A program made the position numbers and the translations under genes. Below are positions 14,901-28,420 of a DNA stretch of 64,000 nucleotides, piece by piece (within the stretch, counting starts at the first letter, position 1; the number at the start of each line of letters is the position of its first letter). Source of the stretch: Asterias rubens (taxonomy: Eukaryota); the NCBI RefSeq assembly GCF_902459465.1, contig NC_047077.1, positions 1,674,001 through 1,738,000 on the forward strand. The letters are read 5' to 3'. The notes beneath the pieces are model-generated. The model did no database searches. It was not told where the DNA came from and saw only the letters and a program-made list of their open reading frames with translations.

Positions 14901-15689
14901 ACGCTGCATACTGGGATAATATGAGATCTGACGGGTCCTATATCATTTTGCCAGCGTTGAGGTCTGGATACGTAATGAGTCTTCAATGTAGAGATATTGC
15001 TTCAAACTGTGTGTGTTAAATGGATAGTATGTTTGTGCAACAGATTTACCTGCCAGACCCAATTTCAGAAAGCTGCTTGACAAATTTCTTTGCTAAGCAA
15101 AAGCTTAGTGGAGCACCAGCCACAACAATGCAAACTTAAAATGTTATTTTGGCTAGTAGTAGTAACCTGTTTCTGCTTAGCAGTTAATATTCTGTGCTTA
15201 GCAAGTTTTGTGCTTATTACCAAAGTTTTCATGAAAATGATCCCTTGGCCCAACTTCATCTACATACTTGTTTTTATGTTTTTTTTTACCAAAGCAAAAA
15301 TCGGGCCTTACGGAAGCAGGGAATTCGGCACTTACTTCAAGCATGTTTCATGACACAAGAAGCAATAGTTTTTGCTTAAAGTGCACGTGCCTACCCCACG
15401 TTACTATGTATTCACATTTTGTAAATATTCCTTACTTACTTTTTACACAGCTAGTGCAGAAATTTGGTGCTTGTCCAGTAAGTGGAGAAAATAGTTGCAC
15501 CATTTTGGGAGTTCATGAAGTACAGTTTAGTGTTACTAATTGAAGTTGATGCAGCATAATGCAAACGCTTTTAACTTCCAAAATGGCCGACATGGCCGCA
15601 GTCAGATGTTACGATAAGGCACTGGGTTTTTCTATATTACACTGCTTTTAAACATATAGGAATATACTGCACATCATCAGCTTTATGTA

Positions 15690-15842
15690 GGCCTATGTCC
15701 CATCTCACGGAGGAAGCATAGCAATAACAGTGTGTCTAATGAAATGCCAAAAGTGTCATGACTGGGACTCGAACCTCCACTCAGCCGATCACACCAGAGT
15801 TTGAGTCCAACATGCTTGATCGCTCAGCCATTACACGCCACT
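15690..15842 (-). mobile_element. tRNA-derived SINE (family A), truncated
   Basis: GACTGGGACTCGAACCTCCACTC...CACCAGAGTTTGAGTCC...GCTCAGCCATTACACGCC. Confidence 0.75.
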
Positions 15843-18202
15843 CATTAAGTTTGAATTACTGTAGGGGCCTATCGATATACATTGACAACCCAGGGTAGAT
15901 GAAGGTTAAATTTTAAAAAAGTACACAATGCCAATCAATTATTTGTGTCAAATTTCAAGGTAAAAGCTGTTCTTTAACAGTTTCCATAATAGATGTATCA
16001 TTAACAACTGCACGTACACAAATGCTTTAGGGGTCAGAAATTGCTACAGTGTAGGGCCTACTGTTACTGTACGTATGTCATAAATTATTTGCTTGCGATT
16101 TGTTAATGCTGGTATTTAAAGGGAGTGTTTTTAACGACCTTTCCATCCCTCGCCCCGCTCTCCCAAAAGAAACAATATTACTTTAGAATCATTAACTGAC
16201 TAGTTGCATCTTCATTAGAAAAATTATTAAAATTAAAACAAAGTCATCAAAGGGTGTAACAACTAAAAACATTAACATTTTATTTGTTATTCATACCCAA
16301 GACAGTTTTGCTATTCCAACCAGTTTTGGTGGAGAGCACGTCACGTGGGGGTGTTTAAACAGTTGATACTGACCAGCTGACACTGTTTATAACCGGTTGT
16401 TTCTGGATAACTTTGCACAGATTAGCCCACAACATACTACCCGCACAAATAAATATCCGAAAACTGTCTCATAAAAAAGCACATTGTATGCTCAACAGCT
16501 TAAGGACGTCAGAAGGTAACCTGTTTCTGCTAAGCAATACTATTCTGTGCTTAGCAAGTTGTTGTGCTTACATGCTTAATGAAAATGGGCCCTGCATTGA
16601 TTAAAGTGTCTAGTGTCTGAGTGCAAAATACTTTTTTACCTTGAAAAAGTACACAAGACCTTTTGACGTTCAAACTACAATAAGTATGGTCATTGTAAAT
16701 GAAGAAATACATACTGAGAGCACTGACCAAGTTCGAGTGCCAGATTAGTCGACTACTGACCAGCAATGTATGCGCAATGACGCACTTTATCGTGGTTTCT
16801 TATAAACACAGTAAATACATTTATGAAGGTAGTAAAAAAAAAAAACATCCATTCCGATTGGTCAATAGGCTGGGTACTTGATTGATTGATTGATTGATTT
16901 GATTGTTCAATTTACTTTTGGTCACGGTTTTGCCTTTTATCATGACTGTTTATATGTATGGTGTTTTATGTTTAAAAAAAGGGTCACAACAACCATTTGA
17001 TATGGAATCAATTAAAATGTGCTGGTATATAGGCTACAATCACACATACTAAGTCTTTTAATCTAGAGCTCTTTTAGTGAGATAAAAACACACTCAAAAT
17101 ATTCAGAGGTTGATGTGAGCGTAGTGTTGAAGGGTGAGCGTAGTGTTGAAGGTAACAATAAAAAAAACACGTTAAAACACTAAATTTAAAGTGAGTTTAT
17201 TTGCCACTAGCGTCACGATTTAAGCCAGCCTGTGTCTGTATGTACACAGAATTATGAGAAACTGTCCCAAAATACCAGAGAGCATTGTTTGCTTTATCTG
17301 CCATTAAATGTACATTAAAACAGTATTGTAGGCCTAATGAGCAATATTGAAACGTGGTTTTTAAATTTCCAGCAAATTTGGACACCCTTTTACCAAATCC
17401 TGGCTAAAACCTTGTTGGAGAGGTCTATATTGTTATACAATCAGAGGCCTATATAAGCAAACGCAAAACCCTCAAATATTTTGAATATTGTTTAAGTTAA
17501 AAAGAAATTACAGAATTTGATTGATTGAAAACTAGAGGATGAAAATAAGACACCAAAACCAATTCCATCCTACTTTTTGCATTCTATAAATGCTGAGGAA
17601 TATTCAGGACCACTCCTCGTTAATGCTCGTTAATTACCAGGTCATAATGACATGCCGTGATTTTACTGACGTTGACTGCAATAGTCTTTAACCCCCCATT
17701 CTCACCAAATTGCTTTCACATGACAAGTTGCTGATGAGCTGAATGTTTGTCCAGTAATGCAGAAAATCTAGACAGTCTTTCACAACAATGAACGGCGGTT
17801 TACTTGCACTTTTCTCAACTCCAATTTATAATCAACACTTAATTGTCTAACATTTCATTGTCTTACTTTTGCCTTGTCCGTGCCATATGGGTCTGCTCAT
17901 ATTTTCTTTCTTTTATAACTTTTATAAATAGTAGGGCCTAATAAAAATGGGTTTGTACAATTTGTTCAAATGATAATAAACACAGTAATGGCCTTTTGTA
18001 ACATGCCATACATTGTTCAACTTGACACTCCTGGCACAGGTTATTATGAGAAAATGATGTTGAAATACAGAATGCCTGGGCATTAATAACTAAAGATAGT
18101 TTGATGGTAATAACGAAAAATCAATTATGATCCAATTTGAAGAACAAATTGAAAAGAAATAATTATGTTTAAAAATTTAAAAATTTACTTGACAAATTAA
18201 CC

Positions 18203-18490
18203 AATGGCGTGTCATGGCTGAGCAATCAAGAGCACTGGATTCGAGCTCTGGTGTTTCTGATCAGCAGAGTGTGGGTTCAAGTCCTTGTCATGACACTTGT
18301 GTCCTCATGCATGACACTGTTAAGTGTTTTTAAAACCGTTATTGCTTCGTCCTTTGGAAGGGATGAAAAGTCGTTGGTCCTGTGTGTTGTGTAATGCACG
18401 TAAAAGATACATTACAAATTATACAAGTGCATTACAAGTTCTAAAGAGGGTTAGCCCCAGTGTTTCTGGCAAGCGCTGCTGAATGCAGGC
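18203..18490 (+). mobile_element. tRNA-derived SINE (family A)
   Basis: GGCGTGTCATGGCTGAGCAATCAAGAGCACTGGATTCGAGCTCTGGTGTTTCTGATCAGCAGAGTGTGGGTTCAAGTCC. Confidence 0.85.
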
Positions 18491-19079
18491 AAGTTTGAAA
18501 AAATATCTTAAAATATTTCTGTTGTGCCTTGAGCCTTCATGATAGATTTGTGTGCTGTATGAGGCCATTAAAGTGTTATTCTTTATAAATAAAATGAATA
18601 GCAGAGGCCTAATGTATGAATTCATTTTGAAATTAATAATTTATTAGGCTACTACTAAGTAATTTACCTGTCATGCTTAAATACTATCCCATACACAGTA
18701 AAACAAACTTGTTAGCGCATGCAAACAATTAGTTCACTTTATAAAAAAATTGAAGCTGGAATTAGCTCATGAACATTTATTTTCTGAACTTTGGCTGGAA
18801 TACTTTGTGCACGGTTCAGTAAACTGCATTATATTAATGACAGTTCAAAGAAAGGGTGTAGTTCGTGTTTAAAGCCTGCTCACCTATTCGCTTGTGGATA
18901 TTCCACCATGTAAACATAGTGACTTTATATATTAATTGAATGGTTAAAATGGAACCAGTTAACACGTTATTACACTAAAAGCTATGCAATCGATATTCCA
19001 GTATGGCGCGGTTCAGGTCCGAGTCACAAAATAAAAGCAGGGACACAACACTATTTCATTACTTTAAAGATAAACTAAC

Positions 19080-19303
19080 CGTATTAATTTAGCCTCTCTC
19101 TCCTCCTCCTGCTTTTGCCTGTCCAAAACAGCTTGTATTTGTCGTCGTTCTTCCTCGGAAAGGTGTGATAAATCGAGCTCAGGGAGGGCCGGTGTAGCGG
19201 GTTTTGAGGTGACCGGTGCCGGGGCCGCACCGCCCGGTTTCACGGGCTGCGCTTGCACGACAGGCTTGCTGTTCACGGACGTTTTGCCTTGTGGAGTCGC
19301 CAT
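19080..19303 (-). CDS. RIMS: RIM (Rab3-interacting molecule / unc-10 orthologue), coding exon 1
   Basis: MATPQ...LPELDLSHLSEEERRQIQAVLDRQKQEEEREAKLIR matches the RIM1/2 Rab3-binding helix (PDLSHLTEEERNIIMAVMDRQKEEEE). It ends CG|GTTAGT (phase 2, donor at 19079) and splices in frame to the exon at 118-325. Confidence 0.95.
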
Positions 19304-19900
19304 GATTTTCCCTCACGACTCGCCTCTATTCCCGGTCCAAAAACTCGCTTATTGCGGGTTCTTAGCGGAATGAGTCCCTTCCAATGTGCAGTTAAGAATC
19401 CTTTTTAGTCCATAATGGCGTCTAGGTTGGCTGTCTAGGCGTGAATTATGGTGAAATACATCATTTTGGAGCCCCATAGGTGTTGGGCATTGTGACTATA
19501 CGTTCAGGAGCGAAGTACACACACAGCGTATAATGCACAACACACGACATCGTACAGTACATGTACATATGTACGTAGAAAGAGATGGGCGCATCTGCTA
19601 TGCGCAAAAAATTAAGACACACACGGCATTGTTAATTTGCATGATATTAATTATTTATGACACATTCATAATGTGGCGCGCGCTGTCTCCTTTAAAAGAA
19701 AAATAAATTTTGACTTAATTTCTATTTTGTTTTGAAAACATCTAGCATTTTGGGGGAAATTAATTTGGCCGGTACGTTTGCCTACCACGAATATGTACAC
19801 TGACAACAAAAGCCGCATTTTGGGTGTGCCTTCGATCGAGGGTGTCAACAAAACGCGGCCACTTGCCACTCAAACACAAATTAATATGGTGCGTGTTTTT
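19304..19900 (-). promoter_or_regulatory. CpG-enriched 5'UTR/promoter region of RIM
   Basis: CpG density is locally raised directly upstream of the ATG, with TGCGCA and GCGCGCGC motifs. The TSS cannot be determined from sequence. Confidence 0.5.
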
Positions 19901-21239
19901 TTATTTTAATACAAGTTTTGTGAAATTGTAATGTGTGTTTTGGTTGGTTTGTATTGAATATCTTTACACACAGATTAACATAATTAATAATGCCAATGTA
20001 ATAACTCCGCGAAATCGACACAACAACGGAGAAACTTTACCCTCTTACCATCTGTTCAACTTTTATATTAATTGTTTTTTAACTTATTACAAAAATACTA
20101 AGAATGCGAGCCTGTCCACTTGTCATGTCTCATGTTTCCAATGGAAACCTTGCAAAACTGAATATGAAATGTTGATTAATTATAGATAGGGCCAATTGAT
20201 TATAGCCTGACATAATTGTTATTTTTTACAAGGGAATTCATTCTGATCGTTTACAATCAATTCGATTGTAAAAGAACTTAAAGTTTTGATTTCCTTCTAT
20301 GTGGGGGGGGGCTATAGTTTATTTTTAAGTTGGTATACACATTTTGGCAGATGGTTAGTAAATCAAGTTGAGCGCGGATTCTCTCAAATAATTGTGGACA
20401 GGTTAGAAGCCCGCCCTCAACAGGTTAAACCCGAGAAGTTTGTGTGAAATAATTATTTATTGCACTCAATAATAATAGCTTTGAAAGGCTGTGTCCAATG
20501 GTCAACCCACAAATTTTGCACAGTTCCTAATGTTGTTTTATTCCAGTAAAATGGCCTTCTGGTTGATAAAAACAAATATAGACCAGATGAGTCCGTCAAA
20601 GAAGATCACGCAGTTATGGTTTTGTTTCTTATTGTTTTTTTGGTATAATGGGTGACCAATATTGAAACCCTTTAAACTCAGGACTTATTTATTTTCGAAT
20701 GTTTAACTCACGTTTATTTAACGCCCAATTTCCTATTTTTGCGTATACCATGATTTAAACTACGTCCCTAGTTTTCAAAGTTTGCACACACAAAATTGTT
20801 TGATCGAACTTCTAACATAGACCTAATCTTCAAAAATGGATAATTAAAAGCAAGCAGTGATTCGCAATTGTTAAAGTGAAAATATTGTTGTTGGTTTTTT
20901 TAACTCGGCTTCCTCCATTTCCCCACACAGCCGTCCGTTCCTCACCTTACAAAATGTTGGTGTCCTGAAAACATTTTTCTTTCTCTTCTCTTCAAAGTAA
21001 TCATTATCCCGACAACTTATGAAAAAACGCAACGACTGATTCGGTTGACAACCTATAGTTGGGGACATTTCTTTACAAAAAGCATACTTTTTACAAATAA
21101 AATACGCTTTCCCCAGACCTCCCCACCCCCAAGAAAAATAAAATCAAGAAGAATGTGTTAATTGTCTGATCAAAAAAGTTAACCTTCTCGAAACTGAATT
21201 ACTTTAATTAATTACAGATTTAACGTGATTTCGTCTATT

Positions 21240-22990
21240 TCACTACTTTTACTTAAAACCGTAAGTGTTTGCAATTTATGTCGCGGTGAATGTTTTACTA
21301 AGTAATTTTATCTGGAGGCAACTTTTTTTTTGGGGGGGGTGCACATTATTGTTTGTATTATTTTTGGGGGTGGATGACCACAAAGAAAACACTTTAGTAA
21401 ACTTGACTTTCAAGCTAATCATGTTAAACTAGAATTTTAAATCTTATAATGAACCCCGGTAGACCATCATGGGGCCCGGCGTAGTTCCGTTCCCGACAAG
21501 GGTCGGGAGACCGGGCTCCGGAGAGTAGGGTGTCAGCAGAGGGGCAATGGGGGTCCAGGGACCAGCCGCGCCCAAGGGCCTGATGCGCCAAGGGTCCTGC
21601 CCGATGGACCGGATATGGGCATGGAGTAATGTTCTTCAAATTGTATTTATATTATATTATTTGGGCAAAATAACTTACATTCACGTTTACAAGATTTATG
21701 TGAAATGAAACTGGGTTTATCAATACGAGAAGAGGGTTTTGGGGGCATTACATTTTTTTCTTTTTTTATGTAACTTTTTGGAGGGCAAAATTTTATAAAA
21801 GTTCAAGGCTCACCTCTTTGTTTTCAATTTAGTGCAAAATTCTTCTTGCAATACAAGGCTTATTCCCATAGGTAATACTGTGTAATGTTTGGGTTATTTA
21901 ATGTAACACAGGATAACTGCAGCAGACAGTACATGTGAATTGTTTTTTTAATTTGTTTTTGAGATATTTTATGAGTAGGTATAATAGTCAACCATCATAA
22001 CTTACTATACCTGTACAAGCGCACACATTATGTTTCACATAATGTCAGGGGCAAGTGTAAACAAAATAAAAGACACAAAACTTAAATCGATTTAAACTCT
22101 AATTTAAGACACTTGGAACTTCGTTCCCGACGAACTGGCTGGATCAGAAAAGGTCGAGAGTTCCGGCACCGGATACAGGGTATCGGCTGAGGGGCAATAC
22201 ATGCCGAGCATTGCCCGGACCAAGCAGTGCACAAAGCATGGGAGCCAAATTGGCTCCCGGGGATGGATGTGTCTTATCAAGATGTTTCCATCCCCATTAT
22301 TATTATTTCCATTACATTTTGTTTAACTCTTGCTGAAATTTGGCAAGGGGGTATTTTAGGTACGTACATGTAGTTGAAGTCATGGTGGGCACTGAGCGAG
22401 GACCAGTGTTGGAGCAGAATGGTCGGGAGTTCGGGCACCGGAGAGCATGCAGGTACCTTTTACCTAACCTATGTCACAACACAGTATAATATAGAGAGAT
22501 TAACAGTAATACAAACGTTAAATAAAAACATAATATGCAACCAAAATAATTCTTTTAAATATACTTTAGAAATTGTGTGCATCATAACGGGTTCGTCAAC
22601 AGTAGTTATTATTCAAAAGCACTATTTAGAAACGAACATAAAATACTTCAAAATGCGCAACCACCCCTTCCCAAATAAAATAAAATAAATAAGTAAATAA
22701 ATAAATAAATAAATAAAATAACAACGAGAATGTTTTAACTGTTCGATAAAAAAAAGTTATCCCTAACCGATGGAAACTCGTTATTTTGTTTAATTTAAGT
22801 TTTAACATGATGTGTCCAATACTTAAATTACTACTTTTACTTTAGCAATGAAAACCGTAAGTTTTTGACATTTATGTGGTACTAAATGTTAAATGTAGGC
22901 ACGTTTTACTTTTTTTTAGGGGGGGGTGTTCTGTTATTTTTGGGGTGGTGACCAATCTGGAAACCGATTTCTTGTTTTACTATGACTTTT
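21240..22990 (-). repeat. Inverted copies of the same modular repeat family
   Basis: The reverse complement of 21395-21610 gives TCCATCGGGCAGGACCC...GGGCCCCATGATGGTCTACCGGGG...AGCTTGAAAGTCAAGTTT, matching 39600-39830 and 46530-46600. 21780-21860 reverse-complements to the AATAAGCCTTG...GAGCCTTGAAC...TTTGCCCTC subrepeat. Confidence 0.85.
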
Positions 22991-25900
22991 AAGCTAGTCA
23001 TGTCAATACCAATTCCCTATTTGCTCACCATGTTTTCAACTACGTCCCTAAAGTTGTCAAAGTTTGCAAACAATTACTGTTTTCGGTTGAGCTTCTAACA
23101 CAGGCCTACTTTTCATAAATTTACAATAAAACAACACTCAATGATTCGCAAGTTGCAAAAGTGAAACAAAAATTGATTTTTTTTTTTTTGACACGGCCTC
23201 CTCCTTTTCCCCACACAGCCGCCCAATTCCTCACACCTAACAAATCTAACAGTATCTAACAGTATCGTGTATTAGGCCTATGCTTACCACTAATTATCTA
23301 GCCTGGAAAACCCAGACTTAAATTAGGCCTAAGACAACTAAAGAAAATACGTAATGTTTATTACCTTGAATTCGATGAAGCACACCCTTCCTTGACCACA
23401 ATGCTGTTTTCTAACCAAGTTCTGCACTGTAATTCCGGTATAGACCAATGCGCCGCGCGAATAGCCAGAGGTAGATTTTTTTATTCGCTCGAAATTTAGA
23501 AATTTTCAGTCGACACTGCGTATTCTTGGAAACCATGAATTAAAGACAACTATTTCCTGAAATAAAACTCACTTTATTTATGACTTTCACACTTATGAAC
23601 TCATTATGATACCATTTTGTACGGTACGATTTTCTAACCAAACGCAAATAACACAATTTGGCTGCACAGAGCCTCCATTACAAGCTATATAGTTGGAAGA
23701 AAATATTTTGTTTGTGACTTCTTCCATTTTCGACATTTTGGTGAACTCACATTACTTATTAAAACTCAATATTTTTCAAAAAAACTTACTTTATTAATGA
23801 CTTTTTTAAACACATGATATTATTTTTACTAACTTCATGCATGATGTCAACAGCTCTCTCGCTTATTGATGTTCATCATTCTTGCATATGCTTTCCAACC
23901 AATAACTTTCCAATTAATTAACAGTTATTGCATTAAATGGCAATATTAATGTTATAATCCTCTAGACAAAGTTCGTTATTCCAACAAATCCACAGCATCG
24001 GAGCACAACTTTCGTTAACTTCCAGAGCGTGGGTTCATGGAGTGACGCGGACTTCTCTCAATCGCGATCCTGATTGGTCCATCCATTGAGGCTCACGCGA
24101 TGACGTAATGTTTTTAATTCCAGTTTGCAGTGCATAAACGCGTGTTGACGTAAGAAGTTGTTGTCTGTTTGACTGAAATGAGCAATGTTTGATGTTTGTA
24201 AACGTTGTTCCAGTTTAATTGTTTTAGTTTAGTTTAATTATTTCGATCACACTTCCAAACTTGATTGAGCCATTTCAGCTTCATCACTCACTCAGTACTC
24301 TTTTCGTATCAAATTGTCACTCACAGATTTGTTAAGTTTAAACTAAATACAATTATTGTAAAAAAAATATATATATAATAAAATTAAAAAATTAAAACAC
24401 GCTTGTTTTAAACCTAACAGCGGTACCCTCAGATAATGGTGAGACTAGTACTTCTCCCGACCGCCATAAACGTAGCAAGATATCCTTGCACGGTGTGTTC
24501 GTGTAGGGCTCATCATCTGGACTCTGTCCCTACCCAATATGATCTTTTCGGTTCCTTTCACAAAGTCCTGTCTCGTCAGCCTTGCTCATGTCAACATTTT
24601 TCCAAGCCTGGCAATTATGCAATGAGACAATGGTTCCATGTGACATACAAGTAAAAGTTATCCCACATTGGTTTAGCTCGCATCCCTGTCCATCTTGAAG
24701 ATTTCCTCCCCCTCCGCAATAAGATGACAAATAATTCTGGCAAAATTGAGCCTATACTATAACATCTTTTCGCTTAGAATGGGATCTGAAGTAAATATGC
24801 ATCGTCCCTCTTGGCATCAAACATTCTGGTGTAGAAGCTTTCCTGAGATGTTTCAAGTTTTGCCATTTTGCTTAGGCGGAGGAATAATCCGATGCCATCT
24901 TGAAGGGTGAATGTTTTATTTCACAGCCAGGAACGAAGGAAGTTGTAAGATCAGAGTATTTTGTAAAGAAAGAAGACGACGAAGTTGTGACTAATTTAGT
25001 CCTGCAGTACCCGTATTCCACACACTTACCTTTTCTGCAATCATTGTGAAGCCGTCTGTTCAAGGTCAACAAACCGACATTTGTTGAGGTATCTTCTCTT
25101 TCAAGATAAAGAAGAAGATGGCAGAAGGAGTTAGCGTCCTATAAGAGAAAACTAACCTGGTGCATGTGTCCAAATTAGTGAAAGGTTGAACATGATTTTG
25201 AATCAAGACACCAGTTTTCTCCAAAGATATAGAGCACTCAAATACAGAAAGAAGAAAGTTGAAAAGAGGTGGTGAACTTTGACATAGAACGAAGTTGTCT
25301 GTATGAAAAAGTAGTCATACCAGCAATTCTTGAGGATGATGAATAAACTCCTTTTCAATAGGAGAGGATGTGATGTACAACTTAATAAACGAAGACAGGC
25401 GTTATTCCTTGAGAAATGTTTACCCAAAGTAGCTTTGTTTCCTTTGACCGAATTCCTAAACCTACATTATTTATTACTAACCTAAGTTTGTTTATTTTAA
25501 TGTGATTTTAAAACCCACTAACACACACGAAACCCATCTCTTCCATTCATCTGATGTCTATCACGCGCTTTTACTATAAAAAAAATTAAAATTTATCAAC
25601 GACAATTTAGATATTCTATTCGTTTTTGTTAATGTTTGTATGACTGTTCAAATCTTAAAGTGTTTAATTTTTATTATATATTTTTGCGATGCGCTTGTTC
25701 GGATGGCGAATAAAGTTCGAAAAGTATTGTCCTTGACATTTCCCTTGTCAACAGGTCTTTTTGCTGCTTCCTATAGGGTCAAATGTTCACTATAAAAAAT
25801 GTTCACTTGCAATAGTGTCCTGGTGTGGTCACTTCCAGCTTCTTGTTTGAAGATTGGTTTGCTGTTTTCTTCATGGTAAATGGCACACGTTTTGATGTAA

Positions 25901-26829
25901 GAAATTGCTCACTTCCAATAATGATGTCCAGATCAGTTCACCTGTTTCTTGTTTGGAAATAATTTTTCATTCAAGTAACTAATTTAAACTATACAAACTA
26001 CAATAGAGTATGAACATTTTTGTTGTTAATACATTTTAAAAAGTATGTAATGAGATAAATTTGTCGTGATTTGCTACTCTTTTTCTCGGCAAAGACTTAT
26101 TGGAGTTTTCATATTATAGATTGTGGTCGCTAGTCTCTGCTCGAGGTATGGCACTTACAGTGAGGTAGGCCCAGTGTCCAGTGTGATCATATCCAGTGAG
26201 GTAATATCCATCGAGTTATCCACAGAAATATACAGTACAAAATGGTTTATCAATGTGTTGACTCTGAAGCAAAGTAGTACAAGCTATATCCATTTGCGCA
26301 TCTTGCTGATTTTCTTGAAGCTTAAATCCATCGAGTAATTCCTCATTGTCAAAGTGTTCCGCAAGACATAAAGTTAATTGTTGATCTTCATTGTTTCTTT
26401 ACCCTTTAATATTCGCTTGGCACGCGTGTTGACGATGAATTGTGTTTTTTATGAAAATATGTTTGACTGAATGATCTTAGTATTGGTTTAAAACAACTAT
26501 TAATGAACAGTTTATTGAAAGTAGTAAATATTACTCATTAGTCGAACCAACCAAACATTCACACTTCTCACACCCTCAATTATTTTGGTGTTAATAATTA
26601 TGTGACTTTTTGATATTAGTTATTATTTGAACTTGATATTTGCCTTTACTTTTGCATAAAATACTATCAATAAATTAATAGATATGGCATAATGTAAACA
26701 GTTAAGCAGACAAGATGAGTCTCCATCAATCCCTAGCTCGGACTTTCGATTAATTTAAATTTATTTCCTACAGAAGGACTCTCATAAATATTGATTTACT
26801 CTCTGTACTAGCCAAGAACCCAATGGAAA

Positions 26830-27010
26830 GAAGACAAAGAAGGAAGTTTCAGTTTTAGATGTGGGAGAAATACCACAGAGAATCATCCATAGAAAACACA
26901 AGCAGTCAGTAGGGATTGAAAACCCATTCCATGTAGTGCCTCAGGCGTGGTTCGAACCAGGGTCCTAGAGGTTGAAGGCAAGGAAAGACCACTGCACCAA
27001 CCTGACAGCC
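26830..27010 (-). mobile_element. Second SINE family, reverse copy
   Basis: GTTTTAGATGTGGGAGAAA...GGTTCGAACCAGGGTCC reverse-complements to the 4650-4900 family. Confidence 0.65.
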
Positions 27011-27937
27011 TTTCTCGTTTTTCTCGTTTTCTCCTAAGGTCGGTAGATTGATGAAGAGCAAAAAAGCTTTGAAGATCTATTCGCCATGTCTCGGCACTAC
27101 TGAAAACAGCCCAGGACCTTGCACTATTCTAATTACCCTTTTGTTTTATTTATTTATTTATTAATTCGTTTATGAACTAATTAATATTTACAGTTTTTGG
27201 TTTGTTTGCTATCATTTACTGTTTATCCCGAAACATTCACATTCTCATCCTTCACTTCATACATGTTTTAGCTAACAGTTTATTTAAACAAAAATAAAGA
27301 ATTTATTTATAAATCTAACGTTTCCATGCGTGTAAAAGTATGGTTTTTGGTGTCGTGTGATGTGATTGGATACAATTTTAACATAGGATTAAATCTTCAC
27401 AGCGGGATGGAAGATAATTACTGCGATTATAGTTTCAAATGTTCTCAATGTTCAACACACTCCTTGTTACTCCTCAAGTTGTTCATTATTTGTATACATA
27501 CAAATATGTTCTCCTTTGGAAATTAAGATGTTTCCAGGTGACAAGTGCGCCCTCGACGTTACGTTCTGTGTCGATATTCATGATGCGACTGTGGTGGCTC
27601 AATAGCTCTGAACAGTTGTAAACTTTACACATAATTACCTCTTGGCCTGCGGCAATATTAATACAATAGCTTTCCACTACATTAAAGTTGTGACAACGAC
27701 CTTAAAGATTGTATTGCGAAATTTGATACCAATTTATGTAAAATAACACCAGCTTAAAACTAGAGTAAAAAAAATGTAAACAAACTGCATTCTACTCGCG
27801 TTTTGACACACAAATAATATAACTTTTATTCAGCCTGTTTTACTGAAAAGTTAGATAAGCAATGATAAAGTCTCATAAATGTTTTTGGCCATCATTTCTC
27901 TTGGGAGCGGTACAGATGCATCAACATGATCCTTTCT

Positions 27938-28420
27938 GTGCGTGGTTGATGACACACTCACATTGATGAATTCTTGTTGTTTATTTTGTGGGCGTGGTTG
28001 ATTGGCATATTCATTTGACAACTTCCTGGTTAACATTGATGGGCGTGGTTAAGTGACGCATTCACATTGACAACTTGTTGGTTAACATTGATGGGCGTGG
28101 TTAATTGACGCATTCACATTGACAACTTGTTGGTTAACACTGATGGGCGTGGTTGACTGACACATTCACATTGACAACTTCCTGGTTAACATTGATGGGC
28201 GTGGTTGACTGTCATATTCACAGTGATGATTTTTTGGTTAACTTTGACGGGCGTGGATAAATGTTGCGTTCACATTGATATTTTCTCTATGTTTTTGATC
28301 GGCGTGGGCCTTGATGAGTGAACAACTCGCGTTGATGATGTCTTGGTGGGTGTGACAAAAACTCATGACATAGGCGTGGTCGATTCGACGCTGCTGGAGA
28401 TATCTTTGTTGGGCGTGGTG
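27938..28420. repeat. 51-52 bp minisatellite with one GGGCGTGG box per unit (about 9 units)
   Basis: Boxes at 27938 (GTGCGTGG), 27990, 28041, 28093, 28145, 28197, 28249 and about 28300, then irregularly at 28372 and 28411. Confidence 0.9.

Noticed and set aside
23360-23470. Possible non-coding upstream RIM exon (AAG|GTAATA donor near a CGCCGCGCG motif)
   Set aside because: I found no convincing acceptor upstream of the RIM ATG to receive it, so it cannot be supported without transcript data.
27938-28420. CRISPR-like array or TP-repeat protein in the minisatellite
   Set aside because: There are no unique spacers and no cas genes, the context is eukaryotic, and the 52-bp unit shifts frame each copy and introduces stops.
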